DNA of 64,000 nt from an uncultured Clostridiaceae bacterium (GCA_964563155.1 CAZLVL010000005.1:7367-71366), one strand, 5' to 3'; positions 35,827 through 47,040 are shown, numbered from the stretch's first letter. The notes: a model not told the origin generated them from the letters alone. A program made the numbers and translations.

Positions 35827-36417
35827 TTAATCAGATGTAATTATGAACTTTTTTATTTTTTCAAATTTAGCGTTTTTTATACCTGGAACCTTCATAATAT
35901 CTTCAATACTTTCAAAGGGTCCATACTTGTTTCTGTATTCAATTATATCATTAGCAGTTTTAGGACCAATTCCATCTAGCTGACAAAGAGTTTTTTCATC
36001 AGCTGTATTTATATTTATCTTATCATTAACAAATACTGGTTCATCTGATGCTTGAGCAATCCAGTCATCTCCTTTTGATATCTCCATACCCCCAGAATCT
36101 TCCTTAGACTTTATATAAATAGTTTCATTCTTTTCAAGAAGATAAACTAAATTTATATCCTCCCCTGCCTTGTCTGTAAGACCCCCTGCCATTTTTATTA
36201 AATCATCTAGAATAAGGCCTTTTTCTATCTCATAGATACCAGGATTTATTACTTCACCAACTATATACATCTTTATAATCTCAACCTCCTCTTTATAATA
36301 GTCGTCAATACTTCGTATGTCCTCATGAACCTTTCTTTCTCCTCTAAAAAGAAGGACTAAAGGTATTAAGGCCAAAAAAGCTCCTATCATTATGAAGATG
36401 TGTAAATACTTTTTCAT
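35827..36417 (-). CDS. comEA: Competence protein ComEA (helix-hairpin-helix DNA-binding)
   Basis: N-terminal TM helix, SLBB-like middle region, C-terminal tandem HhH (NINTADEKTLCQLDGIGPKTANDIIEYR). Confidence 0.8.
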   Translation of the reverse strand: MKKYLHIFIMIGAFLALIPLVLLFRGERKVHEDIRSIDDYYKEEVEIIKMYIVGEVINPGIYEIEKGLILDDLIKMAGGLTDKAGEDINLVYLLEKNETIYIKSKEDSGGMEISKGDDWIAQASDEPVFVNDKININTADEKTLCQLDGIGPKTANDIIEYRNKYGPFESIEDIMKVPGIKNAKFEKIKKFIITSD

Positions 36418-36555
36418 ATAAAATTATTACCATAATTTGTCATATGAAGCCAGATACAAAAGTATTTTTCCTAATATATTGGACTATATTTTTTTCTCTT
36501 AGAAACTTAAGTATTTTTGTTTAAATTTTAGGAAAAATTAGGTATAGTATATTCC

Positions 36556-38025
36556 ATGAAGAAGAAAACAAGATTTAATTTTTTAATAGTCTTACTTGTA
36601 ATTATATTACTTTCACATATACCTAGCTTTAGTGGTAAGGCCTTTACAGAACCTGTTTTGGATACAGACAAATGCTTTGCCTATTCTAGTTTAGACTTAA
36701 AAAGTGGTATAGTACTCCACTCATATAACCCCAATCTTAGAATCTTTCCAGCTTCTACTACAAAATTGATGACAGCCCTTGTTGCCATTGAAAACTGCCC
36801 TTTAGATAGTGTCTTTACTGTTTCAGAACATGCTACCCGCTTTTTAGAAGAAGGCTCTACTGAACTAGATTTAAAGGCTGGTGAAATCATGGACTTCTAT
36901 TCCCTTTTACATGCCCTTTTAATTAGAAGTTACAACGATGTAGCCTTGGTCATAGCTGAAAACGTGGCAGGTTCAGAAGAGGCTTTTGTGGAAATGATGA
37001 ATCAAAAGGCACAGGAGCTGGGAGCTTTAAACACCCATTTTGTAGCCCCACATGGCCTGCATGATGATGACCACTACTCTACAGTAGAGGATTTAGGAAT
37101 AATTGCAAAAGCTGCCTTTTCCAACTTTACCCTTACCACCATATGCTCAAAAAGAGAGTATCAATTACCAGCAACCAATATGACAGAGTCCTTTAAGCCT
37201 CTTAAGAATACTAACTTAGCCCTAGGAACCAATCCAGGTTATGACTTTGTGGTTACTGCTGGTAAAACTGGCTACACTTCTAAAGCCAAGAACCTTTTAG
37301 TAGCCTTAGCCATTGATTACACAGGTAGAGAGGTAATATCAGTCTTGTCTGGTGTGGAAGAAAGAGAAGATGCTGCTCAAATGACTTTGGACCTTTTTAA
37401 AAGATCCTATGATGACTTTTTTGTACAATCTATCGCAAAGGCGGGAGAGATTATTGGAAGTCATCAAGGTATACAACTGGCCAATGCCAATAGAATTGAC
37501 TACTTAATGCCTGCAAGTAAGGATTTATGGTCAATTGAAAAAAAGGAAGTTTTTAAATCTGATATAGATTATGATAAGGTGGAAGTAGGAGATGTTTTAG
37601 GATATATCTCATATTACAGTAATAATAGGCATATTGGGGACTCTATTATGGTTGCAGCTAGTTCCTTGAAGCTTGTTGAAGATAGCAAAAATCCTGCATC
37701 TACCAAGTCCCCTGGTCTTTCATCAAGTGATAATGAAAAGACAATTGTCTTTAAAGATGAAAAAGCCTACTCCATATATTCAACTGAATTTTTTGTTGTT
37801 TTATCCATAAGCATTTTAGTTTTTGTAATTATTATCCTTTTCTACTTTAACATTGCTAGAATAGGTAGAAAGAATAGATTAGCATTACATGCAAACAAGC
37901 AAGGACCTGATAATGATGATTCTTTAAGAGCTTCTTATGATGAATATGATGATTTACCCTTTGACCATGAAGATGAATTTTATGATGATGAAGATTATCA
38001 AGAAGAAGATGATGAAGATTATTAA
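36556..38025 (+). CDS. D-alanyl-D-alanine carboxypeptidase (PBP5/S11 family) with C-terminal TM anchor and highly acidic tail
   Basis: SxxK motif PASTTKLMTALVA, SxN and KTG motifs (YND..., AGKTGYTS), signal peptide. Tail DEYDDLPFDHEDEFYDDEDYQEEDDEDY after the TM helix. Confidence 0.8.
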   Translation: MKKKTRFNFLIVLLVIILLSHIPSFSGKAFTEPVLDTDKCFAYSSLDLKSGIVLHSYNPNLRIFPASTTKLMTALVAIENCPLDSVFTVSEHATRFLEEGSTELDLKAGEIMDFYSLLHALLIRSYNDVALVIAENVAGSEEAFVEMMNQKAQELGALNTHFVAPHGLHDDDHYSTVEDLGIIAKAAFSNFTLTTICSKREYQLPATNMTESFKPLKNTNLALGTNPGYDFVVTAGKTGYTSKAKNLLVALAIDYTGREVISVLSGVEEREDAAQMTLDLFKRSYDDFFVQSIAKAGEIIGSHQGIQLANANRIDYLMPASKDLWSIEKKEVFKSDIDYDKVEVGDVLGYISYYSNNRHIGDSIMVAASSLKLVEDSKNPASTKSPGLSSSDNEKTIVFKDEKAYSIYSTEFFVVLSISILVFVIIILFYFNIARIGRKNRLALHANKQGPDNDDSLRASYDEYDDLPFDHEDEFYDDEDYQEEDDEDY

Positions 38026-38066
38026 AAACAAGAAATTTAAGGTATAATGTTTTTGAGGGATTAAAA

Positions 38067-38654
38067 ATGAATAAACTATTTGAGTTAATTGAACAATCTG
38101 AACTTTTAGGCTTAGGCTTTTTGGTAACCGCTGCCATGGTTATGGGAGTTAGTCTTATTTTCTTTTTCCTGCTTTTAATACTTTTGGATAAAAAATCTTA
38201 TGGGGTTATAAGGCCTATAAAAGATCCTCAAATCATAATTAGACACTTAGAGAAAATATCTACCTACAGCCCCATATATAAGGGTAATATCTTAAATATT
38301 GACCAAGGTAGAGATCCTAAATCTGGAAGCCAAAATCTTCCCTTAGCCTTAGTAGTACTAAAAAATTATGGACTAAACCCTGCAATAGATATTCAAGTCC
38401 TCTCTTTTGGTAAATACAAGGTAAAGGACAATTACTCTAAAAGACTTTTCTCTTTAAGCCCTGGTGAAGCTTGTGAAGTGCTTATTAATATCCCTAAAGA
38501 TATGCTCTCTTCTATAGTTGTTTCAGAGATGAAGGTTAGATACAAAAATGAGAAAAATAGATTCAAAACAGATAAGTTCTCTCTCATATGTGAACCTGAA
38601 TACACTATGGATATTAAAGAAGATTATCATATCCAAACCTTTGTACAGATTTAA
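38067..38654 (+). CDS. Hypothetical membrane-anchored protein (195 aa)
   Basis: ORF with one N-terminal TM helix. No recognised motif. Confidence 0.45.
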   Translation: MNKLFELIEQSELLGLGFLVTAAMVMGVSLIFFFLLLILLDKKSYGVIRPIKDPQIIIRHLEKISTYSPIYKGNILNIDQGRDPKSGSQNLPLALVVLKNYGLNPAIDIQVLSFGKYKVKDNYSKRLFSLSPGEACEVLINIPKDMLSSIVVSEMKVRYKNEKNRFKTDKFSLICEPEYTMDIKEDYHIQTFVQI

Positions 38655-38670
38655 ATATATTCTTAAATAC

Positions 38671-39456
38671 TTATCTCTCCAAATCCTCTAGAGCTTTACC
38701 TAATTCTTCTAGGTTTTTAAAGATATAGTCAGGTTTAAACTCACTGGTTTTAAGGTCTTCTTCTTTGGCCTCTCCAGACATAACTAAAAAGGACTTAATT
38801 CCATTGTTTACCCCAAGGGCAATGTCTGTATATAGTCTGTCTCCTACTATGGCTATTTGGTCTTTAGAGTAGCCTGTTCTATCAAGGATGTAGTTAGCTG
38901 TATGAGAAGATGGTTTTCCAAAAAACTCAGCAGCTACCCCCGTTGAAGCTTCAATTAACTTACAGATAGAACCACAGTCTGGAATAAAGCCTGTCTCTGT
39001 AGGGCAGTTGTAGTCCATATTAACCCCATAGAATTTTGCCCCATATCTAACAAAGTCACTGGCAATAACTAGTTTTTCATAGGTTAAGCTAGTATCAAAA
39101 CCCATTACTACCACATCACAGTCCTTATCAGAAAGATTAATACCAGCTTTTTTGAAATCCTCATGGAGATAGGAGGTTCCACTTAAATAGACCTTGGAAT
39201 CTTTGTGGTTATCTAAAAGATACTTAATAATGACTTGATTAGATATGAGCATCTTTTCTAAAGGCCAGTCAATTCCCATTTTTTTCAGCTTTTCAATGTA
39301 GAATTCAGGGTTCTTAGAGGAGTTATTAGTATAAAACCAAATATCTAAGCCTAAGGCTTCTGCCTTTTTTAAAAAGTCCTTAGTATAGGAAAAAAGCTCA
39401 TCTCCTAAATAAATGGTTCCATCCATATCCAATACAAAACACTTAATATCTTTCAC
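38671..39456 (-). CDS. HAD-superfamily hydrolase, subfamily IIA (NagD-like)
   Basis: Motif I VLDMDGTIY. Motif IV-like GD...D near the C-terminus. 261 aa. Confidence 0.75.
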   Translation of the reverse strand: MKDIKCFVLDMDGTIYLGDELFSYTKDFLKKAEALGLDIWFYTNNSSKNPEFYIEKLKKMGIDWPLEKMLISNQVIIKYLLDNHKDSKVYLSGTSYLHEDFKKAGINLSDKDCDVVVMGFDTSLTYEKLVIASDFVRYGAKFYGVNMDYNCPTETGFIPDCGSICKLIEASTGVAAEFFGKPSSHTANYILDRTGYSKDQIAIVGDRLYTDIALGVNNGIKSFLVMSGEAKEEDLKTSEFKPDYIFKNLEELGKALEDLER

Positions 39457-39474
39457 AGCTCCTCCTCATCCTTT

Positions 39475-41880
39475 CTATACAACTATATTTATAAGTCTCT
39501 TAGGAACAGCAATAATCTTCTTTGCAACTTGTCCTTCTAGTAAGTCTAAAATCTCTGGGTCCTTTTTAGCAAATTCTTCTAACTCTTCTTTAGTGTAGGA
39601 AGAATCTACCATTACTTTAGCCTTAATCTTACCATTTATCTGAATAACTATTTCTACTTGGTCTTCCACTGTTTTAGCTTCAATAAACTCTGGCCATTTA
39701 GCTTGGTGTAAATAACCTTCAAAACCACAAAGCTCCCACATCTCTTCAGTTATATGGGGTGAAACAGGGTTAAGTAAAATTAAGAAGTCTCTCATTTCTC
39801 CTCTAGTAATAGAGTTTTTGTGGTAGACAGCATTGGTAAAGGCCATTAATTGGGCTATGGCTGTATTAAACTTCAAGGTTTCAAAGTCATTAGAAACCTT
39901 CTTAATGGTTTTGTGCATTAAGGTTTCTAAATCTTTAGAGTAACCCTCTTCATCATTCATAAAGCCCATCATCTTAAAGGCCCTATCAATAAATCTTCTA
40001 CAGCCCTTTACACCACTTTCTGACCAAGGGGCAGCTTTTTCAAAGTCACCTATGAACATTTCATACATTCTTAAGGTGTCTGCTCCATACTCATCTATAA
40101 CCTTATCTGGGTTAACTACATTACCCCTGGATTTACTCATCTTTTCATTGTTTTCACCAAGAATCATTCCATGAGCTGTTCTTTTAGCATAGGGCTCAGA
40201 TGTACTTACATAACCTAGGTCGTATAAGAACTTATGCCAAAATCTAGAATAAAGTAAATGCAAGGTAACATGTTCCATTCCCCCGTTATACCAATCTACT
40301 GGCATCCAATAATCAATCTTTTCTCTATCTGCAAAGGCCTTATCGTTATGAGGATCTAGGTATCTTAAAAAATACCAAGAGGACCCTGCCCAGTTGGGCA
40401 TGGTATCTGTTTCTCTTTTTGCAGGTCCCTTACATTTTGGACAAGTAGTATTTACCCAACCTTCTAATTTAGATAAGGGAGATTCTCCATCATCAGCTGT
40501 TTCGTATACCTCTAAATCAGGCAACACTAAGGGTAATTCAGATTCATCTAAGGCAACCCATCCACAATCATCACAATGAACCAAGGGAATTGGCTCTCCC
40601 CAATATCTTTGTCTGGAAAAGACCCAGTCTCTTAACTTAAAATTATCTTTAGCTTGGGCAATACCCTTATCTGTTAAATAATTAATTATTTTTTTCTTAG
40701 CCTTTTCAACTTCTAGTCCGTTTATAATGCCAGAGTTAATCATGGTACCTTTTTCAATATCGGTATAGGCTTCTTTTTCAATGTCCCCACCTGCTACAAC
40801 TTCAATAATGGGAAGATTAAACTTTTTAGCAAACTCATAGTCTCTTTGGTCATGACCAGGTACTGCCATAATGGCCCCTGTTCCATAGGTCATTAAAACA
40901 TAGTCGGATATCCAAATGGGGATCTCTTCATTGTTTACAGGATTAATAGCCCTAATTCCCTTAATTTCTACTCCAGTCTTTTCCTTAGCTAATTGAGCTC
41001 TTTCAAAATCACTCTTTTTGCTACTTTCTCTTTGATAATACTTAATCTCATCTAAGTTTTCTATTAAAGAAGCATATTTTTCTAAGTAGGGATGCTCAGG
41101 AGATAAAACCATATAGGTAACTCCATATAGGGTGTCTGGTCTTGTAGTATAGACTCTTAATTTATCTTCTAAGCCTTTTAAGCCAAAGTCCACATCTGCA
41201 CCACTGGACTTTCCAATCCAGTTAATTTGTTGGGCCTTAATGCTTTCTAGATAATCTACATGGCTTAAACCCTCAATTAATTTATCTGCATATTCAGTTA
41301 TTTTAAGCATCCATTGATTTTTCATCATCTTAACAACTTCTGCTCCACATCTTTCACAAACCCCATCAACTACCTCTTCATTGGCAAGACCAACTTTACA
41401 AGAGGTACAGTAGTTAATGCTCATTTCAGCTTTATATGCTAGGCCTTCATTAAAGAATTTTAAAAAGATCCATTGGGTCCATTTATAGTAATGGGGATCT
41501 GTAGTATTAACTTCTCTATCCCAGTCAAAAGAATAACCAATAGACTTTAACTGGCTTTTAAAACGGGCCACATTGTTTTTTGTTATTGTGGCTGGGTGCA
41601 TTTTATTCTTCATAGCATAGTTTTCTGTGGGTAGGCCAAAGGCATCCCAACCCATGGGAAAGAGGACATTATAGCCTTGCATTCTTCTTTTTCTAGCTAC
41701 TATATCCATGGCTGTATAAGGTCTTGGATGACCAACATGCAAGCCATCTCCTGAAGGATAAGGAAACTCTACCAAGGCATAGTACTTTGGTAAAGTAAAA
41801 TCATTTTTGGCTCTAAAAGGTTCTAATTCATCCCATTTTGCCTGCCATTTCTTTTCTATTTGCTTGGGACTATATTCCAT
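39475..41880 (-). CDS. leuS: Leucyl-tRNA synthetase
   Basis: HIGH-type motif [17 protein letters not shown] motif, CP1 editing domain. 801 aa. Confidence 0.95.
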   Translation of the reverse strand: MEYSPKQIEKKWQAKWDELEPFRAKNDFTLPKYYALVEFPYPSGDGLHVGHPRPYTAMDIVARKRRMQGYNVLFPMGWDAFGLPTENYAMKNKMHPATITKNNVARFKSQLKSIGYSFDWDREVNTTDPHYYKWTQWIFLKFFNEGLAYKAEMSINYCTSCKVGLANEEVVDGVCERCGAEVVKMMKNQWMLKITEYADKLIEGLSHVDYLESIKAQQINWIGKSSGADVDFGLKGLEDKLRVYTTRPDTLYGVTYMVLSPEHPYLEKYASLIENLDEIKYYQRESSKKSDFERAQLAKEKTGVEIKGIRAINPVNNEEIPIWISDYVLMTYGTGAIMAVPGHDQRDYEFAKKFNLPIIEVVAGGDIEKEAYTDIEKGTMINSGIINGLEVEKAKKKIINYLTDKGIAQAKDNFKLRDWVFSRQRYWGEPIPLVHCDDCGWVALDESELPLVLPDLEVYETADDGESPLSKLEGWVNTTCPKCKGPAKRETDTMPNWAGSSWYFLRYLDPHNDKAFADREKIDYWMPVDWYNGGMEHVTLHLLYSRFWHKFLYDLGYVSTSEPYAKRTAHGMILGENNEKMSKSRGNVVNPDKVIDEYGADTLRMYEMFIGDFEKAAPWSESGVKGCRRFIDRAFKMMGFMNDEEGYSKDLETLMHKTIKKVSNDFETLKFNTAIAQLMAFTNAVYHKNSITRGEMRDFLILLNPVSPHITEEMWELCGFEGYLHQAKWPEFIEAKTVEDQVEIVIQINGKIKAKVMVDSSYTKEELEEFAKKDPEILDLLEGQVAKKIIAVPKRLINIVV

Positions 41881-41940
41881 AAAAACTATCTCTCTTTCTT
41901 ATTTCTTTTACCGATTTTATTGTATAGCATACAAGATGTC

Positions 41941-41971
41941 AAGAAAAGCAGATAGCAAAACCACTATCTGC
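41941..41971 (-). terminator. Terminator after the Pro-rich membrane protein gene, just upstream of the leuS promoter region
   Basis: Minus strand reads gcagatagtggttttgctatctgc followed by ttttctt. Confidence 0.5.
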
Positions 41972-42016
41972 CAAGTATATAGATAAAATCAAGGCTTATT
42001 CTTTTTTTAAGTCATT

Positions 42017-42499
42017 TTAAAAATCAAAACCTGGAGACATTTGGTTAAACCAATCGGTAAAATCACCTATTTTGTCTACAAATACTGCTGCTAAAACAAT
42101 GTAGAGGATTATGCTTAAAATTATGCTTACTGCAGCAATTATTAGTTGTGCCTTAAAAAAGTTTTTCTTACTCTCTTTATCTCCTGTAAAAGCATATACA
42201 AAAAGCATTATCACATTTACACAAGGTATTGCCATTACCAACATGGTTAAAATCCAATCTCCTATAGTAACTGTCTCATCCTTATAGGGAGTATATCCAC
42301 TATTAAAACTACCAGGTCCTGGTGGTGGTGGAACATTTCTATTATCACTTACCACATAAGGAGCTGGTTCTTCTTGTGGTGGTAAAGGTGGTGGAGTTCC
42401 AGCATTTTCTTGATTATTCAAATTTTCCATGTCCATTAAAAAATCTCCTTTAAATCTTTTTCTAGATATAAGACAAATGACCAATATCAATCTTGTCAA
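42017..42499 (-). CDS. Hypothetical membrane protein with Pro-rich N-terminus (start possibly at internal Met ~42439)
   Basis: PPPLPPQEEP...PPPPGPG, then two TM helices. Confidence 0.5.
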   Translation of the reverse strand: MTRLILVICLISRKRFKGDFLMDMENLNNQENAGTPPPLPPQEEPAPYVVSDNRNVPPPPGPGSFNSGYTPYKDETVTIGDWILTMLVMAIPCVNVIMLFVYAFTGDKESKKNFFKAQLIIAAVSIILSIILYIVLAAVFVDKIGDFTDWFNQMSPGFDF

Positions 42500-42555
42500 T
42501 TTTACTTTTAAAATAATTTTTGCTTTCTATTTTACTATTGTACCCTATTTTCCCA

Positions 42556-42993
42556 TTATTTAGCCCTTAAAAACTGAAATATTAGGGCTTTATCATAAAA
42601 AGCAATAGGCTCTTTACCAAATTGAGTAAAAATTCTAAAAACAAATAAAAGTATTAAAAGACTAAAAATAATAATTAAAAGAAGCCTTATCTTTTTTTTA
42701 TCTGCATTTAATATATACCTTAATACTATAAAGATTAAAAAGCCTGGAACAACAATATATATGCCTGGATGCATAATAAAAGCTTCTTTAAAGTTGAAGG
42801 TTATAAAAAGTATAAAAGCCCTTATCATGCCACAGCCTGCACAAGGCAGACCAAAAAGTATTTTTGAAGGACAAACCTGGCCTACAAAAATGCTCATTAG
42901 TATGGCATAGGTTAAATAGGCTAAAAGTGGAATAAATGCCAGCTTTAAGTCCTGTAAAAGCCTTTTAAAAGCTTCTTTTGTTTTATCACTCAA
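42556..42993 (-). CDS. DUF2752-like membrane protein
   Basis: Motif LPCAGCGMIRA resembling the CPxCGxTRA of DUF2752. Four TM helices. Confidence 0.55.
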   Translation of the reverse strand: MSDKTKEAFKRLLQDLKLAFIPLLAYLTYAILMSIFVGQVCPSKILFGLPCAGCGMIRAFILFITFNFKEAFIMHPGIYIVVPGFLIFIVLRYILNADKKKIRLLLIIIFSLLILLFVFRIFTQFGKEPIAFYDKALIFQFLRAK

Positions 42994-43601
42994 TATCCCA
43001 AATCCTCATTTACTAAGATTACAGTTATTCTATTCTTAATTCTTTGCATACCTGATATTAAAAAAGAAGCACAAAGTCTTTCAGGACTAGAACACCCCTT
43101 ATTTATATCATCTGATATACACTTACCTTGTTTAGCACAATGGGTATCTTTCTTCAGCCTTTTAGCATTTAAAGGGGCAGCTACATGCTTTACCCTTAAT
43201 ATAGCCTCAGATATATCTTTACAAAGCTTGTTCTTTCCGGTTACCACAATAACCTTTTTAGGACCATGACTTATACAGGCTACCCTGTTGGATAAACCAT
43301 CTACATTATATAAAAGGCCATCTTGGGTTATTGCATTGGTAGAGGTTAAGATATAGTCTGCTGTAAACATTTTTTCATAGTCATCTCTACTAACCACCTT
43401 ATATGGCCCTTGGTTTACCATATCTGTAATACCAGCTTCTTTTAGTGTCATAGAGCCACCAAACACTATATTAGAGTCCTTAAGCAAAAGACTCTCTACC
43501 AAATCTTTAGCTTCTTTTTTATTATCTACATAATAAAAGCCCATATTATTCTTTACTACATTCTCTTGTAAAAGTGCAATATCCATATAAATCCCTTTCA
43601 A
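42990..43601 (-). CDS. LUD-domain protein (DUF162, LutC/YkgG-like lactate-utilisation family)
   Basis: Pattern resembling LutC/YkgG (GGSMTLKEAGI..., TSTNAITQDG..., NRV..ISHGP). 203 aa. Overlaps the DUF2752 gene by 4 nt. Confidence 0.6.
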   Translation of the reverse strand: MKGIYMDIALLQENVVKNNMGFYYVDNKKEAKDLVESLLLKDSNIVFGGSMTLKEAGITDMVNQGPYKVVSRDDYEKMFTADYILTSTNAITQDGLLYNVDGLSNRVACISHGPKKVIVVTGKNKLCKDISEAILRVKHVAAPLNAKRLKKDTHCAKQGKCISDDINKGCSSPERLCASFLISGMQRIKNRITVILVNEDLGY

Positions 43602-43855
43602 ATAAATATTTATTACTCTTTGATGTTAAGTGTTTTTTACGCAGAATTACTTTTTTGTTTTCCCCTTAGATTTTCTTTTACTTAACTAACTCATATATTA
43701 TTATATATATATATCTAGTGCAATGAAGCCTTTATGGGCATTTATTTCTTTGTCTATAATAAGGTTTTATGGGATTTTTGAAAAATATTTGGATAAATGG
43801 AACTTTTATATAATCTCAATAGTCTAATAGGTACAAATCTAAGAGGTGCAAAGCA

Positions 43856-45673
43856 ATGAAAAAAACAATTCCCTTTTTACTAATCATTATATTACTTGTA
43901 GGAATAATGGGAGCCTGTAACATTAATAAGGATTCAAAACCATTAGAAGGCAAGAAATATTCTGAAAATCTATACACAGTAAGTAGCATGGCCCATTTAA
44001 AGCAAATGCTATCTATTGGACGTGAATCAAGCTACTACTTTATGGGCTTTCGTCTCTTTGGACAATCGATGAAAGCCACAGACATGATGGCTATGCCAGA
44101 AACAGGCGTGAATGAGGCTACTGGTTCTTCTGACTATTCTGACACCAATGTACAAGTAGAAGGTGTAGACGAATCAGATTTAGTTAAGACAGATGGCAAA
44201 TACATATATACCTTAAGCAGAAACTCAATTATTTCCATTGTGGAAGTAAAATCAGATGGAAAGCTAGAAAAGACCTTCCAAATTAATGACTTTGCTAGGA
44301 ACTTTTCACCAACCGATCTTTATGTGGACCAAAACTTCTTAATTGTTTTGGGTACCATGTATGAAGATTCCACCTATACTCAATATACAGGTATATATAT
44401 TTACAACAAACAAGATATTAATAATCTTGAACTTGTAAAGGACTATTTAATTAAAGGCTACTTATCAACCTCTAGAAAAATAGACCAGTCTTTATACATC
44501 ATAGCAAACTATTATCCCACATATGACTATGTTAAAGACACTGACCTACTACCCTGTTACATAGAAGGAAACCAAGCCATTTATCAAAAGGTAGAAGATA
44601 TTTTCTACTTTGATGACAGCTCATATAGTCAATACCTAATGGTAGCAACTATTGACCTAGAAGATTTAACAAAGGGTCTAAACCTAGAAAGCTATCTTGG
44701 CTATGGTGCAACAGTATATATGTCTTTAGATAGCCTATACATTACCTACCCTGAATATGTAGCAAACAAGACTGAAACCAGCAATGAACCTAGTTTGGCA
44801 ATCGCTCCTGACATACTTTGGGGCAGAGAAGAAACTGTTATTCATAAATTCCAGGTAGATAAGGACCAATTAACCCATGTAGCTATGACTAGAGTAGCAG
44901 GATATTTAATAAATCAATTTGCTATGGATGAATACAAGGGCTTTTTCAGACTTGCAGTTACCACCAACGATGAATTTGGCAGCATAAACAATGTACATAT
45001 CTTTGATTCCAGCTTAGAAGAAGTTGGTCAGATTATTGGTATGGCACCTGGTGAAAGAATCTATTCTGTTCGTTTTGAAGGAGATACTGGCTATATGGTA
45101 ACCTTTGTTCAAGTGGATCCTCTTTTTGTAATGGATTTATCAGACCCATATAATCCTAAGGTGGATGGAGAGCTTAAAATACCTGGATATTCAACCTATC
45201 TGCACAAATATTCTGAAGACCTTTTAATTGGCTTTGGAATGGACACAGATTTTGATGGCAGAGTTATCTCTAAAGGAATAAAAGTGGCTATGTTTGATGT
45301 TTCAGACAAAACTGACCCTAAACAACTCTTTACCATTAGTTTAGGTTCCACTGGTTCCTATTCACAACTTCTATACGACCACAAGGCCTTTGTCTTGGAT
45401 AAAAACAGAGAAATAATGCTATTTCCTGTACAGATTGTGGAAGATAACTATAGAGTAGGTTCTCAAGGTCTAGCGGTTATTAAGATTGATGTAGAAGCAA
45501 ATGAATTTAGATTATTAGATGTCTTGTCTCAATCTAATGAAGTATTTGATGGCTATTACGTAGAAAGGGCACTGTATATAGATAATTTGCTCTTTAGCAT
45601 ATCCGACAGTGCCATATATTCCTACGATTTTAATAGTTTAGACTTTATAGATAGTATCTCTATTGGTCAATAA
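43856..45673 (+). CDS. Secreted lipoprotein with beta-propeller domain (COG4880-like)
   Basis: Lipobox IMGAC. The 605 aa beta-rich body resembles the Firmicute/archaeal secreted beta-propeller family. Confidence 0.55.
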   Translation: MKKTIPFLLIIILLVGIMGACNINKDSKPLEGKKYSENLYTVSSMAHLKQMLSIGRESSYYFMGFRLFGQSMKATDMMAMPETGVNEATGSSDYSDTNVQVEGVDESDLVKTDGKYIYTLSRNSIISIVEVKSDGKLEKTFQINDFARNFSPTDLYVDQNFLIVLGTMYEDSTYTQYTGIYIYNKQDINNLELVKDYLIKGYLSTSRKIDQSLYIIANYYPTYDYVKDTDLLPCYIEGNQAIYQKVEDIFYFDDSSYSQYLMVATIDLEDLTKGLNLESYLGYGATVYMSLDSLYITYPEYVANKTETSNEPSLAIAPDILWGREETVIHKFQVDKDQLTHVAMTRVAGYLINQFAMDEYKGFFRLAVTTNDEFGSINNVHIFDSSLEEVGQIIGMAPGERIYSVRFEGDTGYMVTFVQVDPLFVMDLSDPYNPKVDGELKIPGYSTYLHKYSEDLLIGFGMDTDFDGRVISKGIKVAMFDVSDKTDPKQLFTISLGSTGSYSQLLYDHKAFVLDKNREIMLFPVQIVEDNYRVGSQGLAVIKIDVEANEFRLLDVLSQSNEVFDGYYVERALYIDNLLFSISDSAIYSYDFNSLDFIDSISIGQ

Positions 45674-46922
45674 GACCTTGGCCTAACCTTTTAATACTTT
45701 CCCTATAGATCTCAGCGGCTTCATATAGCCGCTTTTCTTTTATGCTCTCATTGGCTTGATGAGCATTTTGAGCATCTCCTGGCATGTTCATACCAAAAGC
45801 AACCAGATTAGGCATGGTCCTAGCATAGGTGCCGCCACCTATGGCCAAGGGTTTGCTGTAATCTTCTGTCTTCTCCCTATAAACCTCTAGAAGGGTCCTT
45901 ACTAAGAAGGAGTCCTTTTCCACGTATAAAGGAGGGTTGTTGTCAATATTTTCAATAGTAAAGCCATTTTCGCTGGCAATATCTGAGATATTTTTAACAA
46001 GAGAATCAAAATCCATGGTAGCTGGATAACGAATATTAATGGTGACAAATGATTTATCATTATTAATTCCCACTAGACCTGGATTTACTGTCAACTTACC
46101 AGTTTCATCCTTGTACTCAATATTTAAGCCTTCCCCATAGTGTCTATGGGCTAGGTGCTGGTTAAAGAAGTTTAAAAATGGATCACTTGTAAAAGATTCT
46201 TCCTCTTCTAGGGCTACACTAACAGCATTAATACCGTCAAAGGGTGCTGCTCCATGGGCAGGTTTACCCTCAAAAACATAGTCTTTTCCATCTTTATTGA
46301 TATAACATTTTCCAGGTACCACATTAGGCCTATCCCCTGCTTTTAAGGTTAAGGCATCTGAACCTGGTCCCACTATATCCAGGTTCAATATTCCCTTTTC
46401 AGCATATATAACTGGAAAATCTGCATCTGGTACAAAGCCTAAAGTGGGTAATTCTTGACTTTTTACATAATGAGCCATACAAGAAGAACCCATTTCTTCA
46501 TCTAAACCAAATATGAGCCTTACCCTATAGCCGTCTATCTCACCCTTATTTATCAAATCAACTAGGGCAAAAAAGGCTGCTATAGCAGGTCCCTTATCAT
46601 CAGAGGTCCCTCTACCATACAAGTAGCCATCTTTTCTTGTTAAGGTATAGGGTTCTGTTAGCCATCCATCTTGTTCTGGTACAACGTCTAAATGAAGAAG
46701 AACCCCTACCATTCTTTCCCCTTCTCCATACTCTAAATAGCCTGCTCTTCCATCTACATTAACAGCTGTCATTCCATATTCTTTACCTAGTTCAAGGACA
46801 TATTCTAAAGCCTCAAGAGTTTCCTTTCCATAAGGAGCCTCTTTGGTCGGTTCACCTTTTACACTTTTAATAGCTATCAAATCTGAAAGCTTTTCAATCA
46901 TTACCTCTAAATATTCTTTCAT
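45660..46922 (-). CDS. M20-family dipeptidase (PepV/Sapep-like)
   Basis: HxDVVP motif HLDVVPE, GRGTSDDKGP metal-binding block. 420 aa. Confidence 0.75.
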   Translation of the reverse strand: MKEYLEVMIEKLSDLIAIKSVKGEPTKEAPYGKETLEALEYVLELGKEYGMTAVNVDGRAGYLEYGEGERMVGVLLHLDVVPEQDGWLTEPYTLTRKDGYLYGRGTSDDKGPAIAAFFALVDLINKGEIDGYRVRLIFGLDEEMGSSCMAHYVKSQELPTLGFVPDADFPVIYAEKGILNLDIVGPGSDALTLKAGDRPNVVPGKCYINKDGKDYVFEGKPAHGAAPFDGINAVSVALEEEESFTSDPFLNFFNQHLAHRHYGEGLNIEYKDETGKLTVNPGLVGINNDKSFVTINIRYPATMDFDSLVKNISDIASENGFTIENIDNNPPLYVEKDSFLVRTLLEVYREKTEDYSKPLAIGGGTYARTMPNLVAFGMNMPGDAQNAHQANESIKEKRLYEAAEIYRESIKRLGQGLIDQ

Positions 46923-47040
46923 TTTCCACCCTTCTTTCTTATCTTAATCTTTTTATCCAATATTACTTTTCTAATCAATATTTAGTTTTAATATTATATA
47001 CAATATACATAAACATTTACACATAACCAATTATACATAA

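Noticed and set aside
41881-42016. Possible T-box riboswitch leader upstream of leuS
   Set aside because: The untranslated region is only ~135 nt and mostly occupied by the upstream gene's terminator hairpin. That is too short for a T-box (specifier loop, antiterminator and terminator). No T-box consensus (AGGGUGGNACCGCG) seen.
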